NCBI GenBank assembly: GCA_043228905.1
Contig: JBHGNT010000002.1
Coordinates: forward strand, 25,730,001 to 25,794,000
Direction: 5' to 3'
Origin: Azolla caroliniana
Taxonomy: Eukaryota; Plantae; Polypodiophyta
DNA: 64,000 nucleotides
Shown: in pieces, positions 14,673-25,005 of the stretch
Layout: every line of letters begins with the position of its first letter
Numbering within the stretch: the first letter of the stretch is position 1
The notes under the pieces: model-generated
Seen by the model: only the letters and a program-made list of their open reading frames with translations
Told to the model about the DNA's origin: nothing
Databases searched by the model: none
Position numbers and translations under genes: made by a program

Positions 14673-15385
14673 AGGTTTGGATTTGGCATTGCTAAACCAT
14701 CAATGAAGATCAAAGTCCTACGCATGTGTTGACCATTGAGGAATCTCAAAGTCAATAATGGCAACCTCGTCTTCATCTTAGAGGTGATCGAGGAACATAA
14801 AACATGAATGTTGATGCTAACGACATGATCTTTATCGAGATTGGAGCTAGTACGGTGGTGTAAGGTCCTACATAATTTTATCAAGTTATTTCCAGGTTGA
14901 TGAACTACGAGTTTCAACTAGCGTCTGCCAACATTGTGCAAGTATCTAGTTCTCAAATCCGACTACTTTTGAAAGTTTTGTCTAGAGGTGGCTACGATCG
15001 GTAAGAGGGTGCAACCGGTTGGTTCACCTGAATTTGATCTAGCCGATTCAGACATGAACTTAGTCGGTTGGTCGGCCGATTCTGCTCAAAGTGGCTACGG
15101 TTGAGTATGGGGTAGGGCCAATTGGTCTATCCGTTGTGATGCCTAGACAAATTGAGCATGAATCGTGCCGATTGGATTGTTGGTTTGATTTCACATAGAA
15201 TGCGAATCGAAGAGGTGTGTCTTCTCTCAAGGCGTTAGCATGTAGTTGCCGGACAGAGGATTTCAGTCGGACTGAAATCTTAATAGAAACCTGTTCAATG
15301 TATACCAGAGATCTTGAGTTCTTCAAGGATCAAAGCAAAAGTGTTGGTGATGGGGTGTATGATGACCAACAACAAAAAGAACCTC

Positions 15386-16110
15386 GCTCTGATACAAGAT
15401 GTTGTGAATTGTTGTCAATGATGTGGAATAGGATACACCATTATGTGATGAAGAATCAAGAACAAGATGAACAACATTAAACAAAGTAAGACAACATCAA
15501 CAAGATTAAGGAAGTTGTACAGAGAAACTGTGAGAGAGAGAGAGACAAAGGGAACCATAGAGGCACAGGAAATACAATCTGTATTATTCAAAATATGGCA
15601 ATTCACATCATGATGAACTTTGTTACAAAGTCAGTTATGTAATAACTGAGCTAGGGCAACTGCCCTTTGGTCTAATTATAGAAATGCCTTAAACTTAGTA
15701 TGTCCAGAGTGGGACATTGTGAATACGGCCATTATACACCCATATTCGACAGGGGGCACATGTTTTTGGGAGGTATAGTTGAACATGAAGGTGACCGTTT
15801 TGTGAGCATGGTGAGTGGAAGGTGATGGAGGAAATACTTGAGTGAATCTAGTTCAAAAGGCAATGAACACTCGAGTGAGTCATGTTCCTCCACCGACATG
15901 AGGCATGTGGCCATGTACAAGTAGTTGATAAGGGAAAGGAAGTTCATGAGGAGATCATCAACAAGGGTTTGCTAGAAAAACATGTTGTAATGTACTTATC
16001 AATGCTTTGGTAGATATGTGTGTAAAATGTGGTGTACTAATGAATGTATGTGGCAGCCTAAGAGCAGTTGAAAAAGATAAAAAATCCATGGTGAATTTGT
16101 TAAGAAAAAG
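15386..16110 (-). mobile_element. Degenerate copia-like remnant
   Basis: GCTCTGATACAA at about 15386 is one mismatch from the reverse of a tRNA-Met PBS and is followed by TGTTG. HISTKAL near 16005-16025 resembles the copia RNase H terminus ADIFTKAL. Confidence 0.3.
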
Positions 16111-16112
16111 TG

Positions 16113-17347
16113 TCCATGTATCTTTTTTTTTTTTTTTTAAAAGATACACCTTAGTAAATTACTTGAGAAATGTACATATAGAAAACAGAGGGAGACATTT
16201 CATCTCACCTCTATTGTAATACAAAACCTAATACCAACATCTGATGATACAGATGATATCACAATAGGAACAAATGGAACACCATCTACAAGCTATGCAA
16301 TAAAAAAGGAGGAATGGAATAATTCCACTTCATACCAGGAGACGTATCTGAAAATAAGTGAAGCCCTCGCCACCGTTTCTTAAAGTCCACTTGACGTTGC
16401 CTTTGAGCATCAGTTGTACCCTGCAAATCATCATATTGTCCACGTATGGTGTGGACAAATAACCACCAGAATTCAATAAGCATATTATTGAGATGTATGT
16501 GAGCATTATTAAAAACAACATCGCATCTCGTTTTCCATATTGTCCACAGCGCTAGTGACGTAACAGTACGCCAAATAACCAGATTTTCAGTTCTAAACCG
16601 AGGAATAACAGATGGAAATGAAGTGAGATAGATGTACCCATTGGAAAAGTAAAAAACATGAGAAGCATGCATACGTTCGTAATTCATAACATCTCCATGA
16701 AGGACACCCCATAATACTGCACCCCACGAGAAAGTAGAACGAGCATAGTGGTTTCTTAGTAATAAAAACAACTTACTCCAGAATTGCTTAATTTTGGGAC
16801 ACATCCAAAACAAATGCAAAATAGATTCCGTAGATTCACCACAATGCATTCCACAAGCATATTGCTGATTTTGCCTCAACCAATCACCAACAGGAAGAGC
16901 ATAATGTATCAACAACCACCGAAAACAAATAACTTTTTTCGGCAACTGCATACTCCACAACCATTTCCAAAATTTTGTAAGTTGTAGTTCATTCACATTA
17001 TTTGCAATCCAATGCTTCATGGCAGCCGGGCATTTATACTTTGATTGCAATAATAAATTTCTACCTAACTTAACTGAATACTGAAAGAACTCTAAGTGTT
17101 TACCATTTCCATTAGCATTCGGTTTTTTCCATTGATAATCAGCTGGATCCCAATCCAAATTATAAAGCGGCTTTTTTTGAAAAACCCACAACGAACAACA
17201 CCGTAAGCATTCTTGAAATGGTGGATCCAAGAGCCATTTTTTTCCCGATCTTGCAACTACTCGAATCGCTGAAACATTGGCGGATATCCACACATCTGAT
17301 TCAGAAAATACATGCCACAACCTACCATCATCATCCATGTATCTTTT
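16113..17347 (-). mobile_element. 5'-truncated L1 LINE with poly(A) tail and 14-bp TSD
   Basis: TCCATGTATCTTTT at 16113-16126 and 17334-17347; poly(T) on the plus strand to 16138; TTTT/AA endonuclease-type site at 17344-17349. Confidence 0.9.
16286..17333 (-). pseudogene. L1 ORF2 C-terminal fragment (zf-RVT domain)
   Basis: FWKWLWSMQLPKKVICFRW...CGMHCGESTESILHLFWMCP...LWTIWKTRC. Confidence 0.85.
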
Positions 17348-18199
17348 AAATCACTTTAGACACAATATAAACCATTATTGGAAAAAAGGCAATGAATAGG
17401 GTTAGGGATGTTTTACACAAAAACCCTAAAGAAGTCTTCGTGTTGTGTATTGGGGATGGTGTTGGGTGTGGCTGTGAGAACGTGACTCAATGGGTGTAGG
17501 TGAGGTAGAATATAGGTTTGGTTCAGAGGAGGTAAAGAGGGATAAGCATGTCATGGGTGGTTTTAGGGGAAAAAAGGGTGATGTAATTGGTGCTTTGACT
17601 TTGGCTCCTCACATTATAAGAACCTTAATTAATGTTAATACAATATAACGAGAATATAAGGAAGAAAGGGTGTCAAACTACCCAACCACCCCATAAAGAA
17701 GGTGAGAGACAAATCTGCATCACTCGACAATGTTCCATACCACCAAGTTCGGATATTGAGTGTACCTTGGGTTTGAAGGAGAAACACACATATGTAGCTA
17801 GAGATTTGCTATAATGTTAAAATCGTTATGCAATAAATCTCCCTTTTATGAAGGTAGCTAGCCATATTAGATAGGTTCAAACCTTAGCCCTTGTGTATTT
17901 CACACTTCAATACTTTATTAGAAGTGGTTAAGCAATGAAACACTCAAAATTTATCTTCCATTATAGGAAATTAAGAATAACTCAATCCTTACACTTTATT
18001 TATTATGACCTAGCTGACACTTGTTAACTATAAGGTTAGAGAACTACGGTTCGTTATACCAATGTACTATTACATTCCTAGCATGAACCTTGTTTCATCA
18101 AAAGTCATTGCTTCTTCTTGAATGATTGTTGTTGGCTAACTCAATGTTTAAAATGGTAGGAGTAAACACCATTCTCGAAAGTTGTGCTCCATGAAACGT

Positions 18200-18877
18200 T
18201 GTCGTGGAGAAACCTGTCCCTAGGCGGAATCGGAGAATAATGTGCGCGAACTGGCCCTTATACGTAGGCACAAGTTTTGTTGTAATATATATATTTAGGT
18301 ACAAGTCGGCAGATGTGAATATCCTAGGTTGCATGCATTTGTTAGGTAGAAAATCGAGGTGTATCTCTGTCTGAAAGGATAGAGAGTAAAGATGATGTAA
18401 CGGGTTGTGACGGCCTCCCCTCCTTGGGCTATAAAAGAGAGGGAGAGGAATCGTAATGGGGGGATCGCTTTTTGTCGAGGACGAAGTGCTATCGGACTGG
18501 GAACCGAGATCTTCTTCTTTGTCTTTCTCTGTATTTGCTCTGTGCAGGTTTTCAGGAGGCTGACTCTGTCTGCGGAACGCCCGAGTGCTTCTGGCTGAGT
18601 CTCCATCTTGCGTCTGTGTGCGTGTGTGCATGTAGGCGTCTGAGCTTGTCGCTCACCGGCTCGCCGGTTGTAACCCCTTTTATCTGATATATATACATAC
18701 ACATACACACATTCATCTTGTTTCAATCAGTTGCGGTTTCTGTGTATTTGTGCGTGTGTGAAGCACGACCATCGCCAGCACGGCCATTGTCTTTCCTCCT
18801 CCCCTCCCTCTCTCTTGTCCCTCGAACCAAGACCCCTGCGGTCCCGCCTCGTTCTACACGAACGCGCGTAATAACGC
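18200..18877 (+). mobile_element. 5' LTR of an older copy (A') of the tRNA-Trp-primed Ty3/gypsy family, lacking its last few bases
   Basis: Starts TGTCGTGGAGAAACC; shares AGGCGGAATCGG, GGAACGCCCGAGTGCTTC and CGGTCCCGCCTCGTT with the element A LTR. Confidence 0.8.
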
Positions 18878-19676
18878 TGTCGTGAAGAAAACCGTCCATA
18901 GGCGGAATCGGCGCGCCCAGGCGTGGGAACCGGTTCTTCACGCGCGCAAGCTCCAAGTTGTACATAGAAGCGAATTAGGAGGATAATCGGCAGGAACGGG
19001 CCCTAACACAAGTGGAGACAAAGACCGCGCGGACAGTCTTTTTGGTCGCGCGCGCGAGCGAAGGAACTGTACGAGTCGGCGGCGTAACTACGCGGACGCG
19101 TGAAGGACGGAGCGGATCCCTGTCCAAAAGGGACAGGGAATAAAGCTGACATGACGGCCTGCTCGTCGGCCTATATAAGGAGCAGGAAAGAGCTGTTGCA
19201 GGGATCTCGCGCAGAGAGGACGAAGTGCCGCTGGACCGTTTCTGGACGCTTCGCTCTCTGTTTCCTTCCTTCTTGAGCTCCATAGCTTTCTGTGCAGGGT
19301 TCCGAGGAGGCTCGCGCTGTTTTCGAGGAACGCCCGAGTGCTTCCGGCAGCACCTCCGACCTGCTACCCCCCCCCTTTGTGCGTCGAGGCGAACAGGCAT
19401 CGGCATCTGTTCGTCGGCCTGTTCGGTTGCAGACAACCTGTGCCCCATCGAGGGTTGTAGTCGTGTTAGCCATTTTTCTTAATATACATATTTAGTCATT
19501 CGCATCTGTCTGTGTCGGTGTCTGTTCGCGTTCTCCGTGCTGAAGGGCCGTGTCCCTGTGTACCCCCCGGTCCTGCGTAGCCGGTTCTCTCTCTTTCTCC
19601 TCCCTCGCTTGCTCTTTGGTTCGAGGCCCCCGCGGTCCCGCCTCGTTTCCACACGCACTTGCGTAATATCTCGACA
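18878..19676 (+). repeat. Element A 5' LTR
   Basis: TGTCGTGAAG...ATCTCGACA, TATA box CCTATATAAGG near 19170; near-identical to 43061-43859. Confidence 0.95.
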
Positions 19677-19680
19677 TCTT

Positions 19681-19698
19681 TGGTGAACCCGACGTGAA
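19681..19698 (+). other. Primer-binding site complementary to tRNA-Trp
   Basis: TGGTGAACCCGACGTGAA is the reverse complement of the plant tRNA-Trp 3' end TTCACGTCGGGTTCACCA (recalled sequence). Confidence 0.85.
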
Positions 19699-21847
19699 AG
19701 AGGCGGCAGAAGAGCAGAAGATGAGGGGGTCGGATCTTGCAGAGGCCATGGCTTCGGCCATGGACCGGATTGTAAACGCGCGCGAGGGCACCGGTGCCCT
19801 CGACAGAGCCATTGAGGCGGTCGTCGGCACGATCGGCCGATTCGATGGGAAGGATGCCACGAAGTATTTGGCGTCCTACGGTGCAGAGATGCTGATGCGG
19901 GACATTCCGGAAGAAAGGCGTCTTGCCGGATTTCCCCGAGTGGCGATGCCGAGCATCCATGCGGAGGTGCTCGAGGTGCGGGCGGAGAGCCGTACCTGGG
20001 AGGAGTTCGAAGGTCGGCTCCTAGAGAAATACGGGCTGGACGACGCGCTCCGGCTTTCGAAGCGAAGGTTCATGGAATGGGTGGAGTCCCCGGGGAAGGG
20101 AAGAAACGCGTCGGCACTCCTCCGGGAGTTCGAGGAAAACTTTGCGCGCCTTTCGGCGCTCGACCGAACCATCCTGGACACGAGCCGGGTCTTGCTGTTT
20201 GTCAAGTCGGTCGACGAGCGGGATCGGGAGCAAGTGGGCCTCTTGCTGGAAACCGAAGACGGGCTCACTACCGACTGGGCGGCTGTCAAGAAGGTCTGTG
20301 GCCGTTTCGACAAACGGCGAGAATGGGCGGATAACGGGGCAACCGGGTCGGGCTCGGTCGCAGCAAGGAAGCTCGAACCAACGCCACTGGTGCGAAAGGA
20401 AGAGACCCGAGAGTGCTTGGAAACCGGCTCGGCTTCGACCGGCGTAGTCAGAGGCTCAACCGGAGGAGCGGCGCTGGAGGAATTGACGAAGGCGATAAAG
20501 GACCTCCAAATCGCGCAGGCCCGAAGGGAAGGAGGCGAACCGGCTCGCGACCGACGGCCGGCGGCAGGAAACAGGTGCATGTGGTGCGATGAAGTCGGCC
20601 ACATTCGGAAGGACTGCGGCGACTTCGCGGAGGCGCTGAGGAACAGGGTGGTGTATCTGTGGGAAGGACGGGTGCATGCCAACGACACCCGAAGGGCCCT
20701 GAGCCGAAACGACGGGCGAGGTGGTATGAAAAGGTTGATGGAAGAGGCGGCGGCCCGACACGCGGAAACCGTCCACTACTCGGCGTCGGCCGGCATTCGA
20801 GTCGGGGGCGGCGAGGCCCGAAGGGAAAGCCAAGCCGGATTCTGGCCGACGATGCTAGAAGGCCTTGCCGGTGCAAGGCTTAAAAGGGAGGAATCGGACC
20901 GTGCGGAGAAACGGATACGGGAGATGACCGGGTGGAGCGACCTGGTCGAGGAAAAGACGGGCTTCGTGGAAGCCGCTTGCCAGAACTACGAGGCTCTGGT
21001 AGAAGAGAAGCGGGTGGGGAAACCCGGGACGATCGGGCCCTCACAACGATACGAGACCCGGTCCGGGCCACGACGGGACGAAGCCGGCGGGGCCGGTACG
21101 CAAGATAAACCCCAGAAGGGCGGGTACCGTCTGGGGACGGAGATAGAAAGGATCACGGACTTACGAAAGGTCCTGGAGGAACGGATCCTCGACAGCAAGG
21201 TGGAGCTGTCGTTACGAGAGGTGCTGGGAATCGCCAAGAAGGAGTTCCACGACTCCATCGTGGACTTGGTGAAACGAAAGAGGCTGTCGACGGAGACAGA
21301 ACCGGAAAGACCGGTGGAAGTGCGGACGACGCACCTAGACGACATGGCGCTGGGAGACGAGTGGGCGGAAAGCCACTATTCGAGACCACACTGGGCCCGA
21401 GCGACCACGGAAACCCCGGTGAAGATCGGCGATGTCCAGGAACCGGTGATAGCTTTGGTGGACCACGGATCGGAGATCAATTTGATGTCCATGGACTTCT
21501 ATAAGAAGGGCAAATGGCCGATCAACACCAAGCACGGGTGGAAAATAAGGGCAGCAACGCGCGCCACCGAGGAACTGCACGGGGCCTGTCCGAATGTGCG
21601 AGTCAAGATCGGCGACGTCGAGATTGACCAGCACTTCTTCGTGCAGGAGACGTCTTCGCATCCGGTCATACTGGGAGAGCCGTACATCACGGCGGCGCGA
21701 ATGGAGACCAAGGTGCTGGACAATGGCTCGGCCTACGCGAGGGTCAAAAGCCAAGACGGGCGCCATTCGGTCCAGTTTCTGACGGTACGGCCGAACCACG
21801 AACGTAACCGTGACTCCCTCGGTTCCGAAACCCGAGAGGATTTTTAG
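19694..21847 (+). CDS. gag: Element A Gag-protease (likely start ATG 19721)
   Basis: Zinc knuckle CMWCDEVGHIRKDC; aspartic protease ALVDHGSEIN and VILG. Confidence 0.9.
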   Translation: MKEAAEEQKMRGSDLAEAMASAMDRIVNAREGTGALDRAIEAVVGTIGRFDGKDATKYLASYGAEMLMRDIPEERRLAGFPRVAMPSIHAEVLEVRAESRTWEEFEGRLLEKYGLDDALRLSKRRFMEWVESPGKGRNASALLREFEENFARLSALDRTILDTSRVLLFVKSVDERDREQVGLLLETEDGLTTDWAAVKKVCGRFDKRREWADNGATGSGSVAARKLEPTPLVRKEETRECLETGSASTGVVRGSTGGAALEELTKAIKDLQIAQARREGGEPARDRRPAAGNRCMWCDEVGHIRKDCGDFAEALRNRVVYLWEGRVHANDTRRALSRNDGRGGMKRLMEEAAARHAETVHYSASAGIRVGGGEARRESQAGFWPTMLEGLAGARLKREESDRAEKRIREMTGWSDLVEEKTGFVEAACQNYEALVEEKRVGKPGTIGPSQRYETRSGPRRDEAGGAGTQDKPQKGGYRLGTEIERITDLRKVLEERILDSKVELSLREVLGIAKKEFHDSIVDLVKRKRLSTETEPERPVEVRTTHLDDMALGDEWAESHYSRPHWARATTETPVKIGDVQEPVIALVDHGSEINLMSMDFYKKGKWPINTKHGWKIRAATRATEELHGACPNVRVKIGDVEIDQHFFVQETSSHPVILGEPYITAARMETKVLDNGSAYARVKSQDGRHSVQFLTVRPNHERNRDSLGSETREDF

Positions 21848-23321
21848 AGAGGACTGCCAAGGCGTGGGGCCGCGGCAGTCCGGATGCTCCGGAAAAACCC
21901 CACATCTGTACGATAAACCCGTGTACAATAGGTAGGAAATTTTGCTTCTCCGACAGCGGAGCATGTACGATGGTCGGCATCGCCGGCCGAGAGAAAACAA
22001 AGACGGAGGGGAGACTTCGAGCGTGCGGAGTTCTCGGCCCTGACGAAGAAATCAACGGAGCCGTGGAGGCGGTCTCCTTCGACGACACCTTGGGGATGCT
22101 GGGGAAGGTAGTCGGAGAAGACCTTAACGAAGACCGGACGATACCGGTATGTTCCGAAGAAATGTACGAAGTCATCGCGGACTTCGGTCGAGGGCTCGAG
22201 TCGGAACGGACGGCCCGAGTTAGCACCAAGTACAAGACTGTGGACCGGAAGGTGAGGCCAGTTGCGGCGCCCTTACCGGAGGGCAGTGAGTCGCGAATCA
22301 AAGGGGTTGCATCGGACCCCAGCTTACGAGATCCGGCCTGCATAGGACACACCTTCACCGACGAGACGCCCCGGGAGCTCAAAATCGGTGGGGGCGGGTT
22401 CCTACTACCGGCGGAGGAAGACCGGTTTCGGAGAATGCTCGGAAGGCACGGGAAAGCCTTCGCATTCTCACCAGAGGAAATCGGGTGCGTAGACCCGACG
22501 ATCGTAGAGCCGATGGTGATATTCACGGTACCGCATGTACCGTGGAATCTCAAGCCAATTCCGGTTCCGAGAGCTCACATCCCGAAGTTGATGGAGCTGT
22601 TGAAGCAGAAAGTTGATATGGGCATTCTCGAGCCGTCGAGCGCCCCGTATTCAAACCGATGGTTTACCGTACCAAAGAAAGACGGATCGTTGCGCTTCAT
22701 TCAGGACCTGCAACCGGTCAATAGGGTGACCATTCGGAACGCAGGGATTGGACCGACCATAGACGAGTTCGCGGAGGCCTTCGCCGGAAGGTCGATTTAC
22801 TCGGTCGGTGATCTATACTCAGGGTACGACCAGTTCCAGCTAGCCGTGGAGAGCAGAGACATTACGACGATGCGAACTCCCCTCGGCCTAGTGCGGATGT
22901 GTACGCTGCCGCAAGGAGGGACCAACTCGGTGGCCCACATGGTGAATGCGATGAACAAGGTTCTGAGGGACTGCATCCCGGACATCACCATGCCGTTTCT
23001 GGACGACATCCCGATCAAGGGATGCCCGGTAGCAGAAAAGGACGAGACGATCGGGCCGGACGGATGCCGGCGATTCGTGGCGACGCACATCGACGACTGC
23101 GAGAAGGTGCTGCAAAGGCTAGAGGCCGCGAGGCTCACCTTCTCGGGGGAGAAATCAGCCTTCGGGCAGTCGGAAATCATGGTGGTCGGACACTTATGTG
23201 GGCCATATGGCCGGAAACCGTCTCCGGCAAAGGTAGAAGCCATCTCCGCGATGAAGCCCGACTGCAGCTCGGTCACGGAGGTACGAAGATTCTTGGGAGC
23301 ATGCACGTTCTACCACATATG
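21841..23321 (+). CDS. pol: Element A Pol, N-terminal part (RT), in the -1 frame relative to Gag-PR
   Basis: Frame is open from the slip site at 21841; DLYSGYDQ, LPQG, FLDD. Cut at FYHI by the element E insertion. Confidence 0.9.
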
Positions 23322-23792
23322 TGTCATGATAACAGTCACATTATGCATCGAAAGGATCATGACACTCACATTATGACTCGAAAGGATTTGAACCCACGAC
23401 CCTGTTGTACACATGTCAAATCCTTAACCATTGTATTAATATTCTTATATGTATAGTCTCTAGAATATGAAATCTAATATCATAGGAATATTCTATATTA
23501 CTCTACATTCTAGAATGACCTAGAATATTCTAGAGTGTTCTATACCACTAGAACCTTCTAGAATACTCTAGAGATCTTCTAGATTACTCTACATTCTAGG
23601 ATAACCTAGAATATTCTAGAGAGTTCTCTATTACTTATAAATAGGGATCTACCACCCATCCCAAACCTAAATTGGTTCAACGCCATTTTGTAGCCTACTC
23701 TTTGTAATCCATTTTACGCTTCAATATAATAATTCTCTTTCAATTATCTCTCTATCTCTTTTTCTCTCTCTTTCTCTCTCTCAGTCTTGACA
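23322..23792 (+). repeat. Element E 5' LTR
   Basis: TGTCATGATA...TCTTGACA; TTCTAGAA-rich U3; TATAAATA near 23636. Matches 28636-28770 plus 40650-40985 with one difference seen. Confidence 0.95.
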
Positions 23793-23880
23793 GTTTGAAC
23801 CAATTTTTTTCCTTTCATCTCTTCGTCTTCCACAAACCCTAACAAGTTCTCTTCTTCCTTCTCCTCTCCCCTCATAAGCT

Positions 23881-25005
23881 ATGGAGTCCGTGAGCAAACA
23901 AGAATACATGCGTGTTCTTTCTGAGCTCGACATGCTCACGAATAAATTTGTGGCATTAGAGCATGAGAATCAAAGGCTACTTGGAGATCTACAACACGTG
24001 AGCGCCGAAAAAGCTCAACAATATGAAGAGTTATCACAGCGGGTTCATCAACTTGAGGCGACTATATTGTCATTACGAGAGCAAGCGTTGGGGGCTCAGA
24101 ACTCCCCTAGAGAGCCAAAGATCAGCCTCCCTGCCAAGTTTGATGGTACGAGGTCTTTATTTCGAGGCTTTTTGAATCAAGTTCGTTTAGTTATTCAGCT
24201 ACATCCCAATCGGTATCCAACTGATGCTGCTCGTGTGGGATTAGTGGGAACTTTGCTATGCGGTACAGCGTTAGCATGGTTCGCACCACTTCTCGAGAAG
24301 AAATCACCATTGCTGGAGGATTTCGAGGCCTTTGTTAAAGAGTTTCAAGCTAGTTTCGGAGACACCGACAGCACTAGGACAACGATAAACAAGATTCGAA
24401 GGCTCCGACAAGGAGATCGTCCCGCGTCATCTTATGCAGCCGATTTCCGTCTCTTGGCATGCGATATCCCTTGGGATGAGGCAGCTTTAATGGATCAATT
24501 CCGTCAAGGTTTGAGAAATGATGTCAAAGATCTTCTTCTTACTTTCCCTGAAGATCCGAAGTCACTTACAGAAGCCATTAGTCGAGCTGTGCGATGTGAT
24601 AATCGCCTATTTGAGCGACGTTCTGAGCGCCAACAAATGTTACGCCGCCAACCTGAACAGACTTACGCTTCCGTAGTCGCAACGCCTCCACAAGTTTCTA
24701 GACCCATTACAAGGGATGGCCCAACTCCGATGGAAATAGAGTCAACACAACGTCGTGGGCCGTTATCAGATGCTGAGAAGCAACGACGTCGAGCGCATCG
24801 CCTCTGCCTGTATTGTGGTGGTCCAGGACATATAGCTGTAAATTGTCCACATAAACCTAGGCGTCAAGTATACCAAGTAAGTGCCCATGAAAACCCTACA
24901 TCGAGTTCTATTGTTACTTCTAATAACATAAATAAGCCTCATAGTCCATGTCATGAGAATAGATTCGATGTCTTGAGTCAATTAGAGGATGTGTTAAACG
25001 AGTAA
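23881..25005 (+). CDS. gag: Element E Gag
   Basis: PAKFDG, LRQG, GPTPMEI and knuckle CLYCGGPGHIAVNC. Confidence 0.92.
   Translation: MESVSKQEYMRVLSELDMLTNKFVALEHENQRLLGDLQHVSAEKAQQYEELSQRVHQLEATILSLREQALGAQNSPREPKISLPAKFDGTRSLFRGFLNQVRLVIQLHPNRYPTDAARVGLVGTLLCGTALAWFAPLLEKKSPLLEDFEAFVKEFQASFGDTDSTRTTINKIRRLRQGDRPASSYAADFRLLACDIPWDEAALMDQFRQGLRNDVKDLLLTFPEDPKSLTEAISRAVRCDNRLFERRSERQQMLRRQPEQTYASVVATPPQVSRPITRDGPTPMEIESTQRRGPLSDAEKQRRRAHRLCLYCGGPGHIAVNCPHKPRRQVYQVSAHENPTSSSIVTSNNINKPHSPCHENRFDVLSQLEDVLNE

Noticed and set aside
18975-22553. Long antisense and alternative-frame ORFs over element A (also 41079-43860)
   Set aside because: Expected from high GC content and few stops; no counterpart in the AT-rich sister B.
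23373-23440. Functional tRNA genes at the A/B-box sites (also 54712 and 57850)
   Set aside because: No convincing acceptor or anticodon stems; reported only as tRNA-like modules.
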